Of a stretch of DNA of 64,000 nt, positions 27,137-40,476 are shown piece by piece. Made by a program: the position numbers and the translations under genes. The stretch comes from Octopus vulgaris. Its lineage: Eukaryota. Numbering within the stretch: the stretch's first letter is position 1; each line of letters opens with the position of its first letter. The notes beneath the pieces were generated by a model. It was not told where the DNA came from and did no database searches. It was given only the letters and a program-made list of their open reading frames with translations. The stretch is from contig OX597822.1 of the NCBI GenBank assembly GCA_951406725.2, forward strand, positions 30,752,001 to 30,816,000, read 5' to 3'.

Positions 27137-27318
27137 GATAATAATGATAATGATGATAAAAACCGATAATAATAATAATAATAATAATAACAACAACAAC
27201 AACAACAACACCAGCACCAGCACCAGCACCACCAGCACCAGCACCAGCACCACCAGCACCAGCACCACCAGCACCACCAGCACCACCATCAACAACAACA
27301 ACAACAACAGCAGCAATA

Positions 27319-27349
<31 letters not shown>

Positions 27350-27350
27350 T
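27070..27350. repeat. Compound trinucleotide microsatellite (TAC/AAT/AAC/CAC-CAG)
   Basis: Visible. Confidence 0.95.
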
Positions 27351-27574
27351 CCTTTCTATTATACGCACAAGACCAACATCGACCCTAGTGTATCACTGGT
27401 ACTTAGTTTATTAACCTCCAGAAGGGAGAAAGGCAACATCTACCCCCAGAACACTCTATATTCGAAGTGACCTGTCTCGATCTACGCCTGGTCCAGGACT
27501 GTAGCTCCGTCAATGATATGAGCTGCTCTCCATTAAGTATTGCTGCTGATGCCAAAGCAAATAGGGGCTGCAAT

Positions 27575-27705
27575 AAGGGTGGAGCACTTGCAGAAAACAG
27601 CACTGCTTGGAACCACTTAAATACTCCGGAACATGAACATTGTAAAGATTGTGCCTATAATATTTGGTGCATTGGGAACTGTAAGCAAAGGTATAGACAA
27701 TTAGT
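27575..27705 (+). pseudogene. R4/Dong-type RLE LINE C-terminal fragments
   Basis: VEHLQKTALLGTT*ILR and IVPIIFGALGTVSKG. Confidence 0.6.
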
Positions 27706-29274
27706 TTCAACTAATTGTCTATACCTTTGCTTGTTGGCATCCTTTTTGTCTCGGGAGACAATGGAGTTGCGCATAAAGTAGTCTAGTCCGGCTTTTATAT
27801 TTCATGTCCTGATACAGTTCCTGCCTCTTAGAAAAAGGAAAGATTATCAGGAGGTCCTTAAGTACTTGAAAGACTATTGGAAGATTGTGGATACCTAAGT
27901 TTACAGGTGGTAACCCACTACCCACATAAAGTTTACCAGAAATAAGAACGAGCATGAGTCAAATCAATAATTAAAATACAAGTAATAATTATAATCTTTT
28001 CTTTATTAATCATTAAATTTTGTCAAAAGCATTGGCGATGGGATTGGATAAAACATCGTGGGGCCACATGAAGGTGCGTATAAACAGTACAAAAGTAGCA
28101 ATTCTAACAATGTATACTTCCTCAGAAGAAGGATACTTCTTAAATCTTTGGTAGCACTGTCAGGCCAAAGATTTCTAAAAATTTTCTAGAGGACTCCGTT
28201 CGAATTCCTCCGGAACAGACCCGCCAGTTGATCCTGAAAGACCCCTAGATTCTCCCCGAGATGCCCGTCGCTCTTACCCGTATCTAAACCTCTATAGAAA
28301 CACCGGATTGAGAATACCACCGAACGCATAACCCGACGGAAAGAGGACTGTGAGCGCCTGATACCACTCAAGACTGTAGCTCAGGCAGAGAGATGAATGC
28401 AGAAAGATGATACGGACAAAGAGTAACTACAGTTGCTCACCATCTAGGAAATGCTGGAGATGTAGTCTCAGCGCATGTATGCCCATCATCAGCAAAAGCC
28501 GTTCAAGAAATTGGACCTGGAGATCTCCATTTCCAGCGATTTCGAGGGTCACCTTCCAGTGGTGTCGGGCGTCAACGAAGAGCCTTCGACTACAAGACGA
28601 CCAAAGTTTTTTTTTCCAAGGTCTGGGGTCTCCTGCCCCTAAGCACTAGACCATTACCTAATCACCCTCACCCGTCTTGTTGCTTAGCAACAACAACAAC
28701 AACAACAACAACACAGCATCAGCAACAGAATGTTTACATATGAATATGGTTGAAAATGAGCATGGCTGCAGTGCCCAGAAATATACCGGAATTATTTTAG
28801 GCAAAAGACCTTGTAATCACTTGGAATATATTTTTGTCATACTGCACTTTTCACTAAATTCCCAGTAACATTCAGACAGACAGATTTTGAATGTTATTAT
28901 TTTAAAGATATCACAAACACTTGATGAAGTCTTTTGTGTTTGCGAAGGAATAGTAATTTTTATTTTCTTACCATGTGTATGAATCTAACTTCTTAACCTA
29001 AGGGAAAACTATCTTGCGTGTTCCGTCTGTATTTAAAACTGCAAACAAAATTATTTATATACACAAATATGCAGATGCAGTTAGGAAGTCCTTGTATTCA
29101 TTTAAACAGATTAGGGAAAATATTTAATATTTTGATCTGTTGACGCTATGACATTTGACACTCACTACTGCGCGGACAGAGTCTTTCACTAATCAGTGTC
29201 GAGGCCATGTAAAATCGCAGAGGTTTGGCGTCAGCTGACATACTGTAGTCTGACACATATAGCACCTGTTTATG

Positions 29275-29309
<35 letters not shown>

Positions 29310-29506
29310 CTAATGTAGGATAAAATTTTTTTTGAAAAAAAAATTTATCAATGGCCAGCATATCAAAAAATACCTTTAAAGGTTAAATTTATAAATAACT
29401 TATAAAATAAGGGCAAAAGTAAAATTCTAATGCCAAATATGCCGAAAAAAAGACAAAATTGTCAATAACCATTATAATTTATATATATATATATATATAT
29501 ATATAC

Positions 29507-29648
29507 ATACGGCAGGCTCCTCCCGTTCTCCGTCTACCAAATCCACTCACGAGGCTATAGTAGAAAACATTTGTCCAAGGTACCGCGCAGTGCAATTGAA
29601 CTCGGAAACGTGATTAGAAAGCGTGTTGTATACCACACAGCCACGCCT
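29507..29648 (-). mobile_element. SINE B 5' half
   Basis: ccgtctaccaaatccactcac...accacacagccac. Confidence 0.75.
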
Positions 29649-29764
29649 TAACCCCCGCCCTGCACACACATACACACACATATATGTACACTCGCACATC
29701 ACCTGACATACATTTTTCTGATTCATAATGACACGTCTCTATATATATATATATATTTCCGACA

Positions 29765-30990
29765 GTTCTAAAATCATGCTAGAAAGCTCTTGAAAGGCTA
29801 CTGCAGGTACTTTTTTATAGCTTCCTTGCATGTGGAAAACTTCGGAAATTGTCAGCCCTATCCTTAAAGGCGTAGACAGAGAAAAATGTTAAAAATCACA
29901 GGCCAATCTTCCTGGCTCCACATGTTACAAGGTCATGCAAAGCATTGTCAGAATGAGACTGAACACGATTCTAGAAAAGAATAGCTTGCTTACAAACAAG
30001 GGACTGTCTCGCAGAACTACTACAATATCACTGGGTGCTGAAACAGTGGCTCAACTACTCAAATGTGGATGCGATACATCTCGACTTTGCCAAGGCCTTT
30101 AACAAAGTTGTTCACAGGATGATATGTTACAAAATACGTGACCTTGGGAAGTCAGACAGTTGCAGCCAAGTGTGCTCTCTCTGCAGGGGACATCAATCTG
30201 CAGCGGAGTTCCTAAAGGAACTGTCCTGGGATCACAACTGTTTCTGGTGGCTCTCTCAGACGTGCATTTCATTTCTGATATGTTTCAAGCGCTCCACTAT
30301 CAGCCCCCACACAGACTAGAATCGGAATACATAGGACCAATTGATAGTGCACTCCCAGAGTTTGAATCAATGCTTGACCTGGGAATCCACTTAAATAATG
30401 CTGCAACATTCCGTGTACATATTACTAAGATGGCAACCTTGTGGGAGCTGCTGCTCGATGGATTGTTATATCATTCAGAACCAGAAATGAGGATACCTTG
30501 CTACTGCTGTAGAGAACTTTTGATTTCTATTGTTTGGATTACTGCTCCTAACTGTGGTCGCCGCAGAGTTCCAAACTGATGGCGGAACTTGAGGCAATCC
30601 AGTGCCATTATACAAAGAAGAACGATTGAGGGAAACAGATGAGTTACTGGGAAAGGCTAAAAGAACTGAAGCTCTACAGAGAAGGCGAGGAAGATATGCA
30701 GTGATATACGTTTCAAAGATCCGGGAAGATTTGGATACCAGTTTTGAAATTAAAAACTATAACAACAACCAAACAGGTAGGTGCTGCCTAAAACTAAAGA
30801 TCCCGTCTTCTACATCTCGAACAATGACACAATACTAAAAAGCTTGGGTATCTGGCCACTACAAGTGTTTAATAACAACCCCACAGTTTTGTGAGGTGTA
30901 GATTGGAGATCTTCAAAAAGCATCTGGATAAATTTCTATCTGAAATCCCAGAAGAATCACATCAGGGCAGGAGGTACAACAAAACAAAAT
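29765..30990 (+). pseudogene. CR1-group LINE reverse transcriptase, decayed
   Basis: VDAIHLDFAKAFNKVVH, SGVPKGTVLGSQLF, DLGIHL; many stops and frameshifts. Confidence 0.88.
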
Positions 30991-31133
30991 TGGTTCCGTC
31001 CAACACCTTTTTTCCATCAAAACTGTACAGAAAGGAGACAAAGAGACTCCAAAACACTGAATAACGGTGCTCCAGCATGGCTCCAGCTTTGGCTGACTCC
31101 AGAAAGAGATGAAGCAAAAAGATTATATATATA

Positions 31134-31165
<32 letters not shown>

Positions 31166-31324
31166 GATGCACACATACATACATACATACATACATACAT
31201 ACATACATACATACATACATACATACATACATACATACAGACCTTTACTGGGTAATAGCCGACTGTAGTTGTAACTGAAAGAAGCTGTCATGTATTTATG
31301 TATATATATATATATATATATTAC

Positions 31325-31570
31325 ACTATCTTCCAGATGCCCGACAGATATGATTAGTATGGTGTGTTACACCACCAGTGGCCAGGTTGTTTTATTTTCG
31401 TTTTATGACTACGAAGATGACTCATAAGTCCTGCTTTACTGAGGCAAGGTCTTGCACAGACATTGCATGTCAGAATCAAAGGAAGACCCTTCCCTTCTGG
31501 AAGTGTACCAGCGATGCCCTTCCTGACATCCCTCCTTACTTTCTCATGTGCAACTCGAGATTTCTCAAAC
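31325..31570 (-). pseudogene. RTE-clade LINE 3' end
   Basis: CNVCARPCLSKAGLMSHLRSH terminal Cys/His motif. Confidence 0.7.
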
Positions 31571-31607
31571 GTACATACATACATACATACATACATACAT
31601 ACATACA

Positions 31608-31641
<34 letters not shown>

Positions 31642-31684
31642 CATACATACATACATACAGACATACATGTATATATATATATAG

Positions 31685-31805
31685 AGAGAATTTACAAAAG
31701 ACAAAAGACTAAAACGGGTGTGTAAACAAACAGACGTATTAGTTTAACGCTCGGGAAGTGAGAAAGGTATTTTACGTTTCGAGCCTACGCTCTTTGATAG
31801 AAATA
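31685..31805 (-). mobile_element. Penelope-type 3' end with decayed minimal hammerhead
   Basis: ttt-CTATCAA-a-gagc(gtag)gctc-GAAAC-GTA-aaa. Confidence 0.5.
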
Positions 31806-31814
31806 AACAGGGCG

Positions 31815-32001
31815 AGTGACTGTGTTTGTCCTCCCGCCATCGCTTGACAACCGATGTTGGAGTGTTTATGCCCCCGAAACTTAGAGTTCGGCAAAAGAGA
31901 CTGACCAGAATAAGTACTAGGCTTAAAATGATTTCTTTGACTAAAGGTGGTGCTCCAGCATGGCTGCAGTCAAGTGACTGAAACAAGTAAGAGAATAAAA
32001 G
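31815..32001 (+). mobile_element. SINE B 3' half
   Basis: Family B tail. Confidence 0.8.
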
Positions 32002-32123
32002 TATATATATATATATATATATATATTTAAGTAGGTGAATATTATCCTAGTATGGATAATTCGGTTAATCGATACCTGGGTATAAAGGAATTTTGTTAAA
32101 ATCTTCGTTCGACTCCATTTTTC

Positions 32124-32170
<47 letters not shown>

Positions 32171-32203
32171 CACACATAGTTTTTATGTATCTATCTATCT
32201 ATA

Positions 32204-32275
<72 letters not shown>

Positions 32276-32750
32276 TCTTCCTTTATTCCTGTAAATGTAG
32301 ACCTGCTTGCTGTAATTTAACTTGTAATCATTTTTAAAGTACTGGTTTACCCGGATATACAGAGATTTATTGAACAAGGTGCGGTGATGCAATGTTGTCT
32401 CTTCATAGTTTAATGTAACATGTCCAGATTCTGATAGGAATCAAGCAAATTCTTTTCTTTGGACGGAAATAAGATAGAGAGGTATGTATGTATGTATGTA
32501 TGTATGTATGTATGTATGTATGTATGTATGTATGTATGTATGTATGTGTGTATGTAGGTTGGTAGGTAGGTAGGTTGGTTGGTTGGTAGGTATAGGTAAT
32601 GTGGGTAGATAGAGATAGGGAAATCCAGCATTTTGGATAAAGTCCAACTTCAGAGAGACAGTAAATTTCCAAGTTTTCTAACGTGTGTGTTCGTGTGTGT
32701 GTGCATGTATCATATATATAGATATATATATATATATGTGTGTGTGTGGT

Positions 32751-32824
<74 letters not shown>

Positions 32825-32861
32825 AAGATAGATAGATAGATAGATGGTAGGTAGATAGATC

Positions 32862-32934
<73 letters not shown>

Positions 32935-33069
32935 GGTTTCATTCGGCAGGTAATCCATGGGTCTGGGATGTAAAAGACAGTGTTTTGTGATATTTGTAGC
33001 AAACGTCAACCATCATAGTATCTGTCACCACATTATGAATCACTGAAACACATCTATTGTACACCAATA

Positions 33070-33152
<83 letters not shown>

Positions 33153-33176
33153 ATATCTATCTATCTAGCTAGCTAG

Positions 33177-33219
<43 letters not shown>

Positions 33220-33254
33220 GCTAGCTAGCTACCTATCTATCTATCTATCTATTT

Positions 33255-33293
<39 letters not shown>

Positions 33294-33347
33294 TTCTATC
33301 TGTCAACATCTCTCTCTCTCTCTCTCTCCCTCTCTCTCTCTCTCCCC

Positions 33348-33392
<45 letters not shown>

Positions 33393-34667
33393 CAGCTTCG
33401 TCCCATAAGTTCTTTCCGATTTAACCTTTTTTTAAAACTGAATGAAATATAATAGAATATTAGAATGTGTAATGGAATTAAAAATTATTTTCATGCATTT
33501 GTGTACATTTAAACTAATTAAATATTATTTTACAGAATGATAGAATTAAAATTTCTTTGATTAAAACCCTTTCTAACATGGAAGTATCCAAAGAACATTT
33601 AAGGCACATAATGCTTTATGAGTACAAAAAGGAAACTCTACAGCCGAAGCGACTCGAAACATACACTCAGTTTATGGGTAAGAATGCTTGAATGAAAGAA
33701 CTTGCAGATGGTTTGTAAAATTCAGAAGTGGAGATTTCAGCCTTGAAGATGAAGATCGAACAGGACGTCCAATTGAGTTTGATGAGTAGCTCCTTGAGAC
33801 ATTACTTGTAGAAAATTCTGCGTTATCTGTTGAAGAATTAGCAATAAAGCGTATTTCAAACTATACAACTTTTCATCGTCATCTTCAATAACTTGGAAAG
33901 GTTCCTAAACTTGGAAAATGGGTGCCTCGTGAATTGTCCGAAAGCAACCGCAAATCCCGAGTTGACATCTGCTCTTCTCTCCAATCTCGCGAATTCATTT
34001 CACCCTTTTTGGATAGACTTGTGACTAGTGACGAAAAATGGATCTTCTATCGAAATGTTAAACGTCGTAAACAGTGGCTTGGTAAAAGGGAAAAATCCAC
34101 CACAACCAAGAACTTCATGGGGAAAAGTTTCTTCTTTCTACCTGGTGGGATTGCAAATGAGTAATTCCCTTTGAATTGTTACCACCTAATGCCACAATCA
34201 ATGCTCAAGTCTACTGTCAGCAATTAGAGCGTTTGAACCAAGCTTTGAAGAAAAAAAGACCCGCTTTAGTGAATCGAAATGGAGTGATGTTTCATCAGGA
34301 CAATACGCGACTCCACACTGCAAAGATCACATAACAGAAGATCGAAAAGCTTGGTTGGGAAAAAATTCCTCATCCACCTTATTTTCCCGACCTTGCTCCT
34401 TCAGACTACCATTTGTTTCGTAGTTTACAGAATCATTTGGAGAACATAACTTTCGCAAGCCAGGAGGAGGTTGAAACTGACATTTCAGAGTCCTTCGCTT
34501 TGAAACCAAGAGTTTTACATTGATGGGATTAAAAAGCTTGTAAATAGATGGAAGGAAGTCATAGATAATCAGGGAAAGTACATTGATGATTAAATTTCAA
34601 TAAATTATAACATTTGATCACTTGTTTTCTTTATTCAAAATCTGGACAGAACTTATGGGATGACCTG
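33393..34667 (+). mobile_element. Full-length decayed mariner element inserted in (TA)n
   Basis: TIRs cag.(t)tc.tcccataagttct.tcc / ggacagaacttatgggatgacctg; ~1.28 kb. Confidence 0.95.
33578..34593 (+). pseudogene. Mariner (DD34D) transposase pseudogene
   Basis: WVPREL, VTSDEKWIFY, HQDN, HPPYFPDLAPSDYHLF; stops and frameshifts. Confidence 0.95.
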
Positions 34668-35182
34668 TATATATATATATATATACGCACAAAAAATTAA
34701 GCGAAACGTAGGCGTGCGACTGAGTTGGAGGCAGATTTACTTCTGCCTTTATAGCGCATAAAGGAAGCATTGTTGTAGGAATGTACGCAGCACGTGTACT
34801 ACAGCAGTATTATGTGTAGTTTTAATACTGAGGTTGAAAAGCAAGGGCGAATTATGCCTACTTAATCTACAAAAAAATCCCAACATATTTTGCATATTAT
34901 GTATAATAATCAGATTAACCTTTATAATTTTATTTGAATTACGTGCATATTTTGCTATAAAAGGAAAATGTTACTATCGATCTATTTTATTCAGAGTAGA
35001 CACTGCTTACTTTGCCTAACCAGGTGGCACGTCCCTGGTATGTATGTATGTATGTATGTATGTATGTATGTATGTATGTATGTATGTATGTATGTATGTA
35101 TCTATCTATCTATCTATCTCCCTCTCTCACACTTTTTCTCCCTCTTTCTCCCTTTCTCGCTTTCTCTCTCTGTCTCTCTCTT

Positions 35183-35251
<69 letters not shown>

Positions 35252-35721
35252 CTATATACATGTATATACATACATAGACGTATGCAAATGCAACTATATA
35301 CGCAATCAGTCCACATATAATATTATGCAAATGACTTGCAATTATATTTTGTATAGTTTCAATAAGTAACCTTGCGCATATCTATGTCAATACGTTGAAA
35401 GGTAGTTGTAAACCCGGCCTGTTCAGCTGTCAAAAGACAGATGCCAATCTGTTCGGTCGAAGTTAAAACCTTTCATCCAATACCATTATGAATAGTATTT
35501 AGATAAGTATGATGTGAGGTTACAGCAAGAAGTCAAATAGTTACGGGACTGTCTGTATGTTTATTTATTGTATACGTTGGTCTACATTATACAAAGCCGC
35601 CCTTTTAGTTTTACTGAGCTTAAAGTATAAGTTCTGGGTGATGTGATCGCTACTTCGAGAACGTCGAGCAACTATGAAGAGACTCACTCATCGATTCAAA
35701 TCTATGTAGAAGTATATATAT

Positions 35722-35940
35722 CTCTTTTACTCTTTTACTTGTTTCAGTCATTTGACTGCGGCCATGCTGGAGCACCGCCTTTAATCGAGCAACTCGACCC
35801 CGGGACTTATTCTTTTGTAAGTCCAGTACTTATTCTATCGGTCTCTTTTGCCGAACCGCTAAGTAACGGGGACATAAATACACGAGCATCGGTTGTCAAG
35901 CAATGCTAGGGGGACAAACGCAGACACACAAACACACACA

Positions 35941-35982
<42 letters not shown>

Positions 35983-36140
35983 TACAACGGGCTTCTTTTC
36001 AGTTCCCGTCTACCAAATCCATTCACAAGGCTTTGGTCGGCCCGAGGCTATAGTAGAAGACACTTGCCCAAGGTGCCACGCAGTGGGACTGAACCCGGAA
36101 CCAAGTGGTTCGTAAACAAGCTACTTACCACACAGCCACA
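35722..36140 (-). mobile_element. SINE B
   Basis: Full family B sequence. Confidence 0.88.
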
Positions 36141-37041
36141 TCACTTCCGTATTTTATAGTTACTCACAAAGCATTGGTCGACTTAGATATATTGCGAATT
36201 GTCGCTGAACCCGTAAATATCTCTCTACGAAGCGAATTTCTTAAAGACTGTGTCATGACTGCACCCAGAGCCAAGCCTGAGCCTTCTTTCACTAAATGCT
36301 TTTTGTGCAAAGTACTTTTCATAAACTCATTAAACAGAACATCTTCTGTACTAAATAGTAGAAATATATGTCGGTCACATTTTGTTTGTTTCTTTTTCTT
36401 CTTTGCGGTATCAAGCAGCTGTCTATAGTCTGCCATTGGGATTACTCACAAAATATATCCAGCTGCTAGGAAGCGTACTGTTGAAACAGTAAATTATATC
36501 CCTAAGCTTAGAGAGTCCTTTTTAGATATATATTTTTAGCTTCATTTATCTTCAAAATATTACTAATTTTCATTTGTAAGAATTTGTAGTAATAGAGCAA
36601 AGTTATTCCCTTGAGGCTTTCTGATGAAAGTTTCTCTATAAATGTTGAGATAATTAATGAAAAGGTGAATGAATAATAGTGCTGTAGAGGTGTTTACAGA
36701 GACAAAAGACAAAAAAAAAAGGTTATTTAAAAGCTGGAATGGTATAAATTACAATGGGAACTCGAAATTAATGGTCATAAACAAAACAAAAAACAAAAAC
36801 TAAAACAAAACAATAAATAAACAAAGAAATCAGTAATAAAACCAACTTCAGAGAAGGAATTGAAACCAGAACTACTAACACAGCGGATGGTTGTTTACAC
36901 CAGCAATTATTATACGAAGCGTATCACAAAATCGAATGCTCTTCTTAATAGATATTTTAATACAGTTCTATATTTAAGAGATGAGGAATTATGTACATTA
37001 TTTACATTCGACGGATATTTGTCCTCTTCTTGTTTGTTGTT

Positions 37042-37087
37042 AACACAACGTTTCGACTGATATACCCTCCAGCATTCATCAGGTGTC
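37042..37087 (-). ncRNA. Minimal (dimer-type) hammerhead ribozyme motif
   Basis: gacac-CUGAUGA-au-gcug(gaggguauau)cagu-c-GAAAC-GUU-guguu; palindromic AACGUU. Confidence 0.65.
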
Positions 37088-37134
37088 TTTGGGAAATTTC
37101 AAACCTGGGTTCTCATTCCTAAGGTATTTTTCGA

Positions 37135-37200
<66 letters not shown>

Positions 37201-38141
37201 GTTTTTTCCTTCTTTCTTCAAATTTTCTTCCGTTTCTCGCCGAGTGTTTTCCATACACCTAGGGCAGAGAAGGGCATTGTATGCATTCCCAGATTACACG
37301 CGCAAATTCATAGATAAAATATGTATTTAAAAATTAATAAATAAATAAATTCATGGATGGATGTTATTTTCACAGCGATAGTGCTCTTATCAGTACATGA
37401 GCCGTTCCAGTTAATACGATTTTTGCACTTCCTGTAGGGAGGGTAAGCCTGGAATCATTTTCAAATAGGTTTCAGTACCTTTTTTTATCATTCCTAGAGA
37501 TCCTACAATCACTGGCACTGTAGTCGCCTTGAGATGCCACATTTTTTCAATTTCCATTAGCAGGTCTTTATATTTACTAATCTTGTCAAATTCTTTCGCC
37601 GCTATTTTGTGATCACAGGGAATACTCATGTCAATTAATAAACACATCCTTTTTGTCTGATCTTTTATAATGATATCCGGTTTATTGGCTTTTATAGTCC
37701 TGTCGGTCTGCACGGGGAAGTCCCATAGAATCGACACATTTTCTCCCTCAGTCACAGCTTCAGGATGATGTTTATACCATTTGTCAGCGGTTTTGATTTT
37801 ATAATGCCGACTTATTGTCCAGTGTAAATACTGGCCGACTCTGTCATGTCTTGCTTTATATTCTGCAGGTGCTAAGACTCTACACCCTGAGATTAGGTGG
37901 TCTATTGTTTCAATCTCATCGTTACAGAATCGGCATTTTGGGTCAGCTCTATTTTTCATCACATTGGCTTGGTAGTTCCGGGTAAATAAGCATTGGTCTT
38001 GAGCAGCATATGAAACCTTCACTCTCTGCTTTTAGCCCTGAATTTCGTAACCATTGGTGCGTGTGTTTCTGGTCGACATCAGCTTGTTTGCTACGGGCCA
38101 CATACTTGCCATGGAGAGCTTTCTATTCCCATCTGCTAGCT
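37201..38141 (-). mobile_element. 5'-truncated R4/Dong-clade LINE inserted in (TAA)n
   Basis: RLE ORF remnant plus 3' UTR; (TAT)n on both flanks. Confidence 0.88.
37411..38022 (-). pseudogene. CCHC plus restriction-like endonuclease domain of an R4/Dong LINE
   Basis: CRFCNDEIETIDHLISGC, RHD, KPD, IDMSIP, KISKY, PVIVGSLG. Confidence 0.92.
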
Positions 38142-38143
38142 AA

Positions 38144-38194
<51 letters not shown>

Positions 38195-38199
38195 TATTA

Positions 38200-38465
38200 T
38201 TGAGTGAGAGAGAAGTGTATGCCATCAAAGTGACACTGGGGTAAAATATACGAAGCCCAGTATACCCAGCGTGACTACCCGTCTGATAAGGGTGTACCAG
38301 GCACATACATCACAACCATATGTGCGCGACATGGTGATCTCATATTGAGATAAACCGCACATGACCTTGCAGGTGGGGCCCAGTTAGAATTTTCTTCTTA
38401 TCGAGTAACCCATCCCGCTTAAAAGGTCTCTGAATAAGGGTTGTTTGAGGATGTTGAATGGAACC
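38200..38465 (-). repeat. Unclassified interspersed repeat, probably another (TAA)n-anchored retroelement 3' end
   Basis: Bounded by (TAT)n and (TTC)n; no coding signal. Confidence 0.35.
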
Positions 38466-38647
38466 TCCTCCTCCTACTCCTCATTCTCCTTCTTCTTCTT
38501 CTTCTTCTTCTTCTTCTTCTTCTTCTTCTTCTTCTTCTTCTTCTTCTTCTTCTTCTTCTTCTTCTTCTCGTTCTTCTTCTTCTTCTTCTTCTTCTTCTTC
38601 TTCTTCTTCTTCTTCTTCTTCTTCTTCTTCTTCTTCTTCTTCTTTTT

Positions 38648-38741
38648 CAGGTCACAGCCCGCGCTCTTAACTACTACGCCATTCCTGGACGTTAACAACA
38701 ATCGAGATGAGGACAAATATCCTTCGAATGTAAATAATGTA
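38648..38741 (-). mobile_element. tRNA-like head remnant plus inverted copy of 36994-37044
   Basis: TGGCGTAGTAGTTAAGAGCGCGGGCT (A-box-like; B box absent); 38691-38741 matches the reverse complement of 36994-37044 at 47/51. Confidence 0.65.
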
Positions 38742-40476
38742 GATATTTTAATATTGTTTTTTTTTTTTTGATTAGGCACGGTGCCAATGTTGGAGGTATA
38801 TCAAAGACAGATAAACAATTGAAACAAAAGCCATGATCCTGTACTTTGATATTACTTCTAACTGACTGTGTTTATGTTTTTTTATATTAACATTAAAACT
38901 AAACATTACTTTTGGAATGTTTTACAACCAATAACGTAACTGTTATCTAAGTAACATCCGGTAGCATAACATAAAGTAAGAATTTTTAAGAGCTTTGTTG
39001 TCTTGTGAATTGCATCATTTCATCTATGCAAACGGTTTTTGATTGTTTGTTGAAGTTATTTGGTTTCTTATCAAATACGCCACTAAAGTCTTTTGTATAA
39101 TATATGAACCTCATGGCATATCGATTTAATTCTAATGTTAATTATAAATAGCTTATTGAGTAAAAACCAAATTGGCAGAATCGTTAGAGCGTCGGACAGA
39201 TTTGCTTGCGGCACTCGTTCTCCATGTCATGTCTCGCTGAATTCAAATACCAACTAGGTCAACTTTGTCTTTCGTGCTGTCTGGATTGATAACCAGAGCA
39301 CCAATCATTTACTATTAAAAGTCCTGTCACGTGCTTCATTTTATATCTTTCTCTGGATTGTACCCACAAATAAAATCTCCAATGCTGTCTCACTGTGTCC
39401 TGCTGATGTGGCCTCATAAATTGCATTGAGGGTACACGCGTGTAATTGTTCAAGCACTCAGATGTTAATTTCACAAATTCCGATTCACTTGGACGAATAA
39501 CTGAGTATGTATTGTCGATACAAACGGAGAGTCTGCAACCATTTATTATCTGAGTTATAAATTAAAAACAAGACCTTTTCAGTAACCTAAAATATAGCTG
39601 GAAGCCACCATCTGTTAATAATGCTACACAAATATCAGCTATACAAAGTGTATTAACTATAAATGTATAACGAACAAAAGGAAACGGGAATGACAAGACA
39701 AACATTATAGCAGATTATTGCTAAGTTGAAAGAGAAGGTTGGTGCAATCACCTTCTTCATCGACCTATTCCTGATATCTCTTGAAATGACGAAGAAATAA
39801 AAAAGCGGTGACATATAAGCTGAAATAATAGTAGGCAAAAAGTGAAGTGAATAGAAATACAACAGGTGGGTTCATTGGCAATATACACACACGTAAATAT
39901 ATACACACATACACAACCACACATATAAGAAAAGTGAAAGAGCGATCAATACTGTGTTGTTGTACCATGCTTGATCAACAATGTGAGACGCAGTTTTGAA
40001 CAATGTATAAAGAGTTCCAGAAATATATGTATTTAAGTATTTAGAATATTCGAGAGTGGTAGGTGTGGTAGGATCGTTGATGGAAACATATAATAAGTTA
40101 TCGAGCTGAGACAAGTAACAGGTTTCGATTTCTAGTTTCAGATCACTTCGTTCTCCCGTATTGTTATACGGCGTTCAAAAGTAACCAGCTGTCAATCTCC
40201 TTTTTAAATCTAGAATTTTCTGGTCTGTGATAAGTTACTCAAACTTAATGATTCTCCTATAAGCAGAAGTTGAGCGCGACATAAGTAAAACACGTCAATT
40301 ATGGGGCATTGATTTAGTGTTTAAATCATTTCACTTTTGTTAATGAATTATTTATTATAAAAGAGTTGTGTGTATGAAAATTGGGGGCATGGAGTTGAAT
40401 ATTGATCATAATAACGGTGTCAGCGTGTTCAGTTGGAGGAGATCTGGAAGTGAAATTATGTGTGTGTGTGTATAAA

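Noticed and set aside
28080-28600. GC-richer segment, possibly an L1/Tx1 ORF2 relic
   Set aside because: No diagnostic motif could be recovered by eye
32935-33055. Short unique islands between microsatellites as possible exons
   Set aside because: No consistent splice sites or reading frame
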